From Caulobacteraceae bacterium (lineage in GTDB: Bacteria > Pseudomonadota > Alphaproteobacteria > Caulobacterales > Caulobacteraceae): a DNA stretch of 53,400 bases. The first letter of the stretch is position 1, and each line of letters starts with the position of its first letter. Shown one piece after another: positions 46,673-53,400 of this stretch. The translations under genes and the position numbers were made by a program. The stretch spans positions 1 to 53,400 of the forward strand of contig JAIXTR010000608.1 in the NCBI GenBank assembly GCA_027483845.1, written 5' to 3'. The notes under the pieces are model-generated. The model made no database searches. It saw only the letters and a list, made by a program, of their open reading frames with translations, and had not been told where the DNA came from.

Positions 46673-47519
46673 GCGCTGGACGATCATGGTGCACGGGGGC
46701 GCGCGAACGATTCCGCCGGCGGCGGAGGCGGCCCATCGAGCCGGCTGTCTCGCGGCGGTGGAAGCCGGCGCCGCGGTGCTGGAGGCCGGCGGCAGCGCCA
46801 TCGCCGCGGTCGTCGCCGCGATCCGGGAGATGGAGGACGATCCCACCTTCAACGCTGGGCGCGGTGCAGTTCGCAATCGCGATGGCGATGTCGAGCTGGA
46901 CGCCGCCATTATGGATGGGCGTACGCTGGACGTCGGCGCGGTCGCGGGCCTGCGCGGCTACGCCAACCCCATCGACGTAGCGGCCGCTCTTTTGCGGGAT
47001 AACGCCGTCTTGTTGGTCGGGGCGGGAGCCGACGCGTTCGCCGCCGAGATCGGCGCGGTTCGTTCCGGGCCACCACTCGCGGCGCCCGCCGGGGCAGTGG
47101 GTTGCGACACCGTGGGATGCGTCGCGTACGACCAACATGGGGGCTTGGCGTCCGGGCTCTCTACTGGCGGCCTGGAGGGCGTCCGTCCGGGCCGGGTCGG
47201 TGACACGCCGATTGCAGGAGCCGGCTTTTATGCCGAGGCCGCCGTCGGCGCGGCGGCGTTCTCCGGCGACGGGGAGGCGATCGCGCGGCTGGCCTTGGCT
47301 GGGCGCCTGATGCACCGTTTGCCGCAGCTGGGCGCCGCGCGCGCCGCCGCGCTGGCGATCGGCCAGATGGGCCGGGTGGGCGGCGAAGCAGGCTGCATCG
47401 TGCTGGACGCAAGCGGCACGCCCAGCTTCGCCCACAACAGCGACCATTTCGCCGTAGGCAGCGCTCGCCAAGGTGAGGGGCCGCGCGCCTTCCTCCATCA
47501 GAACGAATTCCACCAATGA
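46665..47519 (+). CDS. iaaA: Isoaspartyl peptidase/L-asparaginase (Ntn hydrolase)
   Basis: VHGGA, EDDPTFNAGRG, ELDAAIMDG, D/TVG autoprocessing Thr, STGG..GRVGD. Confidence 0.92.
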   Translation: MRERWTIMVHGGARTIPPAAEAAHRAGCLAAVEAGAAVLEAGGSAIAAVVAAIREMEDDPTFNAGRGAVRNRDGDVELDAAIMDGRTLDVGAVAGLRGYANPIDVAAALLRDNAVLLVGAGADAFAAEIGAVRSGPPLAAPAGAVGCDTVGCVAYDQHGGLASGLSTGGLEGVRPGRVGDTPIAGAGFYAEAAVGAAAFSGDGEAIARLALAGRLMHRLPQLGAARAAALAIGQMGRVGGEAGCIVLDASGTPSFAHNSDHFAVGSARQGEGPRAFLHQNEFHQ

Positions 47520-48355
47520 ACGACGCGACACCTGGGCCGCTGATAATCATCGGCGGTCACGAGGACAAAACCGGCGACCGGCTGATCTTGCGCGCGGTGG
47601 CCGAGCGCCTGCGGGGCGGGCGGCTGGTGCTCGCAACCATCGCGTCGCATCAACCGGACGGCTACCTCGAGAGCTACCGCGACGCCTTTGCGGGCCTGGA
47701 GGTCAGCGATCTCGTGGAGCTCTACGTCGACGAGCGCGGCGAGACACACGACAAAGAAAAACTCTCGCTGCTCGAGGGGGCGGCGGGCGTCTTCTTTTCC
47801 GGCGGCGACCAACTACGGATCGCCAGTCAGATCGGCGACACACCAATCGAGCAACGCATACGCGCCATACATCTTGCGGGCGGCGTCGTGGCTGGCACCT
47901 CGGCGGGCGCCTCAGCGATGAGCGAAACCATGCTGGTGGGCGGGGCCAGCAGCGAGAGCCATCGCATCGGGGATCTACGCATGGCCCCTGGCCTGGGCTT
48001 GATGCCCAACGCCATCATCGATCAACACTTTGCCGAACGCGGCCGCATCGGCCGGCTCCTCGGTGCGGTCGCGCACAACCCTCGAATCCTCGGCGTCGGC
48101 ATCGACGAGGACACGGCGATCCTGGTCGAAGGCGATCGGTTCTCGGTGCTTGGGTCCGGCGCGGTCTATGTGGTCGACGCGGAGGACGTAACCCAGTCCA
48201 ATATCGCCGAGGCCAAGTCCGCCAGCGCCCTGTCGCTGCACGATGTGCGCCTGCACGTCCTGGCGGCTGGAGACGGCTTCGACCTGGCGCAGCGTGCGCC
48301 GCTGGGAGCGAACCGCGCGGAAGCCCGTGCTCCTTTTCCTAAGGTCGACGCGTGA
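47516..48355 (+). CDS. cphB: Cyanophycinase (peptidase S51)
   Basis: IIGGHEDK, FSGGDQ, GTSAG (catalytic Ser), IDQHF..RGR.GRL, GIDEDT. Confidence 0.94.
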   Translation: MNDATPGPLIIIGGHEDKTGDRLILRAVAERLRGGRLVLATIASHQPDGYLESYRDAFAGLEVSDLVELYVDERGETHDKEKLSLLEGAAGVFFSGGDQLRIASQIGDTPIEQRIRAIHLAGGVVAGTSAGASAMSETMLVGGASSESHRIGDLRMAPGLGLMPNAIIDQHFAERGRIGRLLGAVAHNPRILGVGIDEDTAILVEGDRFSVLGSGAVYVVDAEDVTQSNIAEAKSASALSLHDVRLHVLAAGDGFDLAQRAPLGANRAEARAPFPKVDA

Positions 48356-49291
48356 CGACCGCCCCGACAGCGGCAATACGCTCGACGTCCCCATAGGCCT
48401 TGCTCGCGAGCTGGCCCCCGAAGATGTCCGGGTCGAGCTCGGCGTAGTCCAGGTTGAAGCGTTCCATATCCAGCTGGACTTCCAACGCCTCGCGAAGCGG
48501 ATCGCGGCCGTCGACAATGGCGCTGCCGGTGTAAAGCACCATGCGGCCCGACGGCGCGAGGATGCGCGCGCCCGCTAGCGTCCACTGCAGCGACAGACGC
48601 GCGCCGTGCATGTCGCCCCCATCGCGATAGGTCCGCTCGCCATCGCCCGCGATGAATGGCGGGTTCGCCACCACGAGGTCGGCCGGCCCCTCGACGCCTT
48701 CCATGCCATCGGTGAGCATCAGCTCGGCGGTCACCCCCCGGCGGCGAGATTGATCTCGGCCAGGCGTAGGGCGGCCGGGTTCACATCGGCGCCGACAAGC
48801 CGTCGTGGCCGGTAGTGGCGGCCGATCACCGCGGCCCCAGCGCCGGAGCCGACGCCGACATCCACGGCGAGGCCGATCTCTCGACCATCGCAGGCCGCCT
48901 TCAGGAAGCGGGCGAAACGATAGGTGTCCGGCCCGAAGAACACAGCGTCCGCGTCTTTTGGCGGGAAGGCGGAATGCAAGAAGAGCTGGTCGTCTAGGCT
49001 CGACACCCGGACTTTGGCGCGCAGGCCGTCTTCGGTGTTGGCGACGGCGTCGGCGGTCCGAAGGGCGGCGAGCAGGTCAGGGTGTAGGAGATCTGGGTCG
49101 AAGGGTAGACTCCAGCCGAACACGTCCCGCAGATTCCGCGCGCGGGATTTATTCACGCGGCCAACCACACGGCGATGGGTGGCGGGTGTCGGGGTGACGA
49201 ACGCGTAGCCCACGCTGCGCAAATGGGCGAGTACGGCGTGCAAGCCGGCTGCCCCGGCTGCGACGGGATTGGGATCAGCGTCGAGGATCAT
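48339..49291 (-). pseudogene. Class I SAM-dependent methyltransferase, frameshifted at a G6 run (48734-48739)
   Basis: GYAFVTPTPATH..VFFGPDTYRFA..DVGVGSG..DVNPAAL..NLAAGG* continues in another frame as VTAE..VVANPPF..YRDGG..LYTGSAI..DPDIFG. Confidence 0.85.
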
Positions 49292-49299
49292 CGAGCGGC

Positions 49300-49324
49300 A
49301 ACGCTCAGCCAGGCCGTTCGTTCG
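49300..49324 (-). promoter_or_regulatory. EcfG/sigmaT-like promoter, probably leaderless
   Basis: Minus strand CGAAC-N16-CGTT ending 8 nt before ATG 49291. Confidence 0.6.
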
Positions 49325-49468
49325 CCCGCCACACCGTTCCTCCCGGTTAATGTTCGCCGGGTTCGCGGAAGCGCCTCCCAAACCCGCGCGACTGCCGGCG
49401 TCACAGCCAGGGCGATCACGGCCGTGTTCTGCGGCCCGCCGTGGCGCGGCCACGGGCGATCCCGGGGC

Positions 49469-50254
49469 TCACTCCCGTGGCGCTAGGCGCGCCGCGTCGC
49501 CTCCGTCAACGAGGCTCGGTCCGGTCGGGCTTTCGTCCTTCAACGCAACGCCGGTCATGCGCCCCTTGAGGGCCTGCCGCAGGAGCCAGGCGATCTTCGC
49601 GGCGGCGTCAGCGGGAGGGAGCCCGGCGGGCCGGATGTTGGAGACGCAGTTGCGTTCGGCGTCCGTCCGGCCGGGTCGCGGCGCATAGGTGATGTAGGCT
49701 CCCAGGCTGTCGGGGGAGGAGAGGCCTGGCCGTTCGCCCACCAGCAGCAGCGTCAGGCGCGCATCCAGCAACAGCCCGACCTCGTCGCCCAGGGCGACCC
49801 GCGCCTGCTGTGCGATGACGACAGGCGCCAGACTCCAGCCGTCGGTCGCCAGGTCCGGAAGCAGGGCGTCAAGCAGGGCTGGCGCGTAGTCCAGCGCGCG
49901 GCTCGACAGACCGTCGGCGATCACCACCGCCAGGTCGACGGTCGCCCGCGGCCGGGCGCGCGCCAGGAGATTGCGGCTGGGCTCGGCCAACTGGCGGCCG
50001 AGATCCGGGCGGGCGAGATACGTCAATCGGTCTGTCGCCGCGCTCTCCACCCGCAAGGTGGCCAATCGCCGATCGCGCAACGCACCCTCCAGGCCGTCGA
50101 CGTCCGCGGGGCGATGAACGGCGTCCCGCGCCCGGGCGTGGTCCAGGGCGAAGGCCAGGGCTGCGGTGGTCGGCAGGCTGGCGCCGCTCCGGCCCAGCGC
50201 CACACGGGCCGCGGTGAGGTCGGTCAGGCGCACAGGTCGAGTCCGCGCGGTCAT
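49469..50254 (-). CDS. eutC: Ethanolamine ammonia-lyase small subunit
   Basis: T.ARVALGRSG, HARARDAV, YLARPDLGR, ADGLS, GERPGLSSPDSLGAY, DAERNCVSNI. Confidence 0.95.
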   Translation of the reverse strand: MTARTRPVRLTDLTAARVALGRSGASLPTTAALAFALDHARARDAVHRPADVDGLEGALRDRRLATLRVESAATDRLTYLARPDLGRQLAEPSRNLLARARPRATVDLAVVIADGLSSRALDYAPALLDALLPDLATDGWSLAPVVIAQQARVALGDEVGLLLDARLTLLLVGERPGLSSPDSLGAYITYAPRPGRTDAERNCVSNIRPAGLPPADAAAKIAWLLRQALKGRMTGVALKDESPTGPSLVDGGDAARLAPRE

Positions 50255-51603
50255 GACAGCATCTGCAGCAGAGGATGCCGGCCGGCGTCGATGGCGAGAC
50301 GCCCCGCCGTGTCGGTCAGCCCGACGTCGCATAGCCACGCCTCGAACTCCGGGGCCCGGCGCAGGCCCAGCAGCTCGCGCACGTACAGGGCGTCATGGAA
50401 CGAGGTGGACTGGTAGTTGAGCATGATGTCGTCGGCGCCCGGGACCCCCATGATGAAGGTGACGCCCGCCGTGGCCAGCAGGGTCAGGAGGGTATCCATG
50501 TCGTCCTGATCGGCCTGGGCATGGTTGGTGTAACAGACGTCACAGCCCAGGGGCAGGCCCAGGAGCTTGCCGCAGAAGTGGTCCTCAAGGCCGGCGCGGA
50601 TGATCTGCTTGCCGTCGTAGAGATACTCGGGGCCGATGAAGCCGACGACGGTGTTGACCAAAAAGGGGTCGAAGGCGCGAGCCACCCCATACGCCCGGGC
50701 CTCCAGCGTCTGCTGGTCCACCCCGTGGTGCGCGCCGGCGGAGAGGGCCGAGCCCTGGCCGGTCTCGAAGTACATGACATTGTCGCCCACCGTGCCGCGC
50801 TTCAGGCTACGGCCGGCGTCGCGCCCCTCGGCGAGGATCGAGAGATCGATCCCGAAGGACGCATTGGCCGCCTGGGTCCCGGCGATCGACTGGAAGACCA
50901 GATCGATGGGGGCCCCCCGCTCGATGAGAGCGATGGAGGACGTCACATGGGTCAGGACGCAGGACTGGGTGGGGATCTGGAACCGATGGATCGTATCATC
51001 CAACAGCCGCACCAGATCGCCCAGGGCGGCGAGATTGTCCGAGGCTGGATTGACCCCGATCACCGCATCGCCGGAGCCCAGCAGCAGGCCGTCCAGCATT
51101 GAGGCGGCGACGCCTTTGGGATCATCGGTGGGATGGTTCGGCTGCAGGCGGGTGGCCATGCGTCCGGGCAAGCCGATTGTGTTGCGGAAGCGGGTGGTCA
51201 CCTGGACCTTGCTGGCGACCAGGATGAGGTCCTGGTTCCGCATCAGCTTGCTGACGGCGGCGACCATCTCGGGGGTCAGGCCAGGGGCCAACCGCGCGAG
51301 CGCCGCGGTGTCGGCGGCGGGCGACAGAAGCCAGTCCCGGAACCCGCCCACGGTCAGGTGGGACACCGGGGCGAAGGCGAAAGCGTCGTGGCCGTCGATG
51401 ATCAGCTGCGTGACCTCGTCGTCCTCGTAGGGGACGAGAGGCTCCGACAGGAAGCGCTTCAGCGGGACATCGGCCAGTTGGATCTTGGCCAGGATGTTCT
51501 CTTCGGCGGTCTCAGCCGCCAGACCGGCCAGCACGTCGCCCGACCGCGGGGGCGAGGCCTTGGCCATCAGCGTCTTCAGGTCGGGATAGGTCCACCGATG
51601 CAC
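50251..51603 (-). CDS. eutB: Ethanolamine ammonia-lyase large subunit
   Basis: RSGDVLAG, RLQPNHPTDD, YFETGQGS, NTVVGFIGPEYL, DVCYTNH; GTG start with GGAG RBS. Confidence 0.96.
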   Translation of the reverse strand: MHRWTYPDLKTLMAKASPPRSGDVLAGLAAETAEENILAKIQLADVPLKRFLSEPLVPYEDDEVTQLIIDGHDAFAFAPVSHLTVGGFRDWLLSPAADTAALARLAPGLTPEMVAAVSKLMRNQDLILVASKVQVTTRFRNTIGLPGRMATRLQPNHPTDDPKGVAASMLDGLLLGSGDAVIGVNPASDNLAALGDLVRLLDDTIHRFQIPTQSCVLTHVTSSIALIERGAPIDLVFQSIAGTQAANASFGIDLSILAEGRDAGRSLKRGTVGDNVMYFETGQGSALSAGAHHGVDQQTLEARAYGVARAFDPFLVNTVVGFIGPEYLYDGKQIIRAGLEDHFCGKLLGLPLGCDVCYTNHAQADQDDMDTLLTLLATAGVTFIMGVPGADDIMLNYQSTSFHDALYVRELLGLRRAPEFEAWLCDVGLTDTAGRLAIDAGRHPLLQMLS

Positions 51604-51668
51604 GTCAGCGCTCCGCCGCGGGACATGCCACCCGGCCGGGCGGGTGACATGCCGTCAAGCCTGGGCGA

Positions 51669-51696
51669 CGCGGGCCGGAAGGGGATCCGGCCCGCG
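51669..51696. repeat. 11-bp-stem hairpin between the TonB-dependent receptor and eutB
   Basis: CGCGGGCCGGA-AGGGGA-TCCGGCCCGCG; no U-tract. Confidence 0.55.
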
Positions 51697-51701
51697 CGCG
51701 C

Positions 51702-53400
51702 TCAATAGGTCCAGGTCACTTCCAGGCCGTAGGTCCGCGGCGTGCCGTAGCGTCCGAAGAGGGTGGTGAAGGCGTCCGGCGCGGTCCCGAGCTGGTACTT
51801 CTCGTTCAACAGGTTGTCAGCATAGACGGCGACTTGCCAGGCCTCGCCGGGCGGCAGCCAGGCCACGCGGCCGTTGACCAGGGTGTAGGCCTTCTGGCGG
51901 AACACCGCGGCGTTGGACGTGTCGGAGAATTGGGCGCCGCGATGGGCCACGGTCACCCGGCCGGTCATCGCCCCCAGATCCCCGGGCAGGTCGCGGGTGT
52001 AGTCGAGGGTGGCCGAGGCTGTGACTTTGGGCGCGTATTCCAAACGGTTGCCCGAGTAGTCCACGCCGACCCCGCCGCCGTCCTTAAACTCCTTATACTC
52101 GGCGTGCAGCCAGGCGCCCTGGAGATTGAGCGTCAGGCCGGGAGCCAGGACCGCATCGATTGAGACCTCAGGGCCGTAAGTCTCCACCTCGCCGGCGTTG
52201 GTGAGCGCCAACTCGATCCGCGGCGGGGTGCTGTTGGGCACCACGCGGAACTGGCTGACCTGATAGTCGGAATAGCGGGCGTAGAAGACGTCGGCGTTGA
52301 CCCGCAGGCGGCGGTCGAAGGCCGTGAACTTGGCGCCGAGCTCGAAGCTGTCGACGGTCTCCTTGCCGAGCCGAAGGGTGCCGCCCAGGGCCTGGGTGGT
52401 CAGGTAGTCGGCGTTGAAGCCACCCGACTTCACCCCGCGCGCGTACTTGGCGTAGTAGGTCTGGTCGGCGGTCGGCTGGAAGGTCACGCCCACCATCGGC
52501 GACACCGAGCTCTCGGTCAGGCTGTCCTCAAAGCCCAGCACATTGGCGATGTTGCTGATCGGCGGACCCACATCGCTGCTCTGGTTCAGGCTGAGCGTCT
52601 TCTTCTCGTGATTGAAGCGAAGACCGCTGTTGAGGATGAGGGTCGAAGTGAGCTGGTAGTCCACGGCGGCGAAAGCCGCATAGGTGGCGTTCTTCACGCT
52701 GGGATTGGTGCGGATCATGGAACCGCCCGGGACGCCGAACAGGACGCCGAGGGAGTCGTAGGTGAGCCGGCGGTCGTTTTCCCCGTCGGTCCGCAGGAAG
52801 AAGGCGCCGACGATGTAGCGCAGCCGGGCGTCCTTATTGTTGGAGGACAGCCGCACCTCCTGGCTCAGCGTCTGGTAGCTGTCGTCGTAGTTGAAGTGCG
52901 CGAGGTCCAGGGCAGAGTGGTCGAGGTCGACGTTCCACGTCCGCGCTGAGTCCCGGTAGCCAGAGATCGACGACAGGGTGACGGGTCCGAGATCGTAGGC
53001 GAGGGTGATCGCTCCACCCACATTCCGATTGTAGTCCCGCTCCGGATAGTTGTCGTCGATCACGAAGGGCCGGTCGGCGGGGGCTGCGGGCGGTCCGCTA
53101 TTGAAAGTGTTGCTTAGGGCCTCGCCGTTGACCTTGTGCGAGAGCTGGCGTGAGTAGTCGAAGGACAGATCGGCTGTGAAGTCCTCGGTGGGCTTCAGCC
53201 GCACCTGCAGGCGCAGCGAGCGGCTGTTGATGTCGTCCACCGGGCCGCCCAGGGTGACGTTGCGAATGAAGCCGTCGCGGTGCTCATAAGCTGCGCCCAG
53301 GCGAACCAGCACCTTTCCATCGGCGAGCGGCATATTGACCATACCGTCCAGGCGCTGCTGGTCCTTGTTGCCATAGGCGGCGGTAAGCCGGCCCTCCACC
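51702..53400 (-). CDS. TonB-dependent receptor (5' part outside the window)
   Basis: Beta-barrel pattern, SQEVRL, GVKSGGFN, DNLLNEKY, C-terminal PRTYGLEVTWTY aromatic signature. Confidence 0.93.
   Translation of the reverse strand, partial: VEGRLTAAYGNKDQQRLDGMVNMPLADGKVLVRLGAAYEHRDGFIRNVTLGGPVDDINSRSLRLQVRLKPTEDFTADLSFDYSRQLSHKVNGEALSNTFNSGPPAAPADRPFVIDDNYPERDYNRNVGGAITLAYDLGPVTLSSISGYRDSARTWNVDLDHSALDLAHFNYDDSYQTLSQEVRLSSNNKDARLRYIVGAFFLRTDGENDRRLTYDSLGVLFGVPGGSMIRTNPSVKNATYAAFAAVDYQLTSTLILNSGLRFNHEKKTLSLNQSSDVGPPISNIANVLGFEDSLTESSVSPMVGVTFQPTADQTYYAKYARGVKSGGFNADYLTTQALGGTLRLGKETVDSFELGAKFTAFDRRLRVNADVFYARYSDYQVSQFRVVPNSTPPRIELALTNAGEVETYGPEVSIDAVLAPGLTLNLQGAWLHAEYKEFKDGGGVGVDYSGNRLEYAPKVTASATLDYTRDLPGDLGAMTGRVTVAHRGAQFSDTSNAAVFRQKAYTLVNGRVAWLPPGEAWQVAVYADNLLNEKYQLGTAPDAFTTLFGRYGTPRTYGLEVTWTY

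Overview
High-GC alphaproteobacterial DNA, with gene content resembling Caulobacterales, in three parts. (1) 1-19567 is the right arm of a Tn4371-like P-type (trb) integrative conjugative element. It holds two XRE regulators, traG/virD4-copG-trbBCDEJLFGI-traF-slt, two translationally coupled excisionase/AlpA-like genes and a small cargo region. It ends at a displaced 3' half of tRNA-His (att site, 19523-19567). The element appears to be decaying: trbE has a frameshift and trbF an in-frame TGA. An IS1182 element carrying a passenger gene sits in the loop of a palindrome with a 4-bp GACT duplication, and its transposase has two nonsense codons. (2) About 19.7-49.3 kb is a general-stress gene island with about 11 EcfG/sigmaT-like promoter motifs. 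It encodes SDRs, a cysteine hydrolase, a hemerythrin-domain protein, DUF3008, two Crp/Fnr regulators, Mn catalase, a His-phosphatase plus NnrD, a cyanophycin cphA-iaaA-cphB operon and a frameshifted methyltransferase. It also contains a 13.7-kb galactose/galactofuranose module: GT-UDP-galactopyranose mutase fusion, GalE, GH1-RmlD fusion, a second GH1, a mutarotase and a De Ley-Doudoroff pathway. (3) The window ends with eutC-eutB downstream of a partial TonB-dependent receptor. The best candidate for an undescribed system is the stress-controlled, apparently cytoplasmic galactofuranoside synthesis-and-recycling module next to cyanophycin storage. All calls come from reading motifs by eye; no database searches were run.
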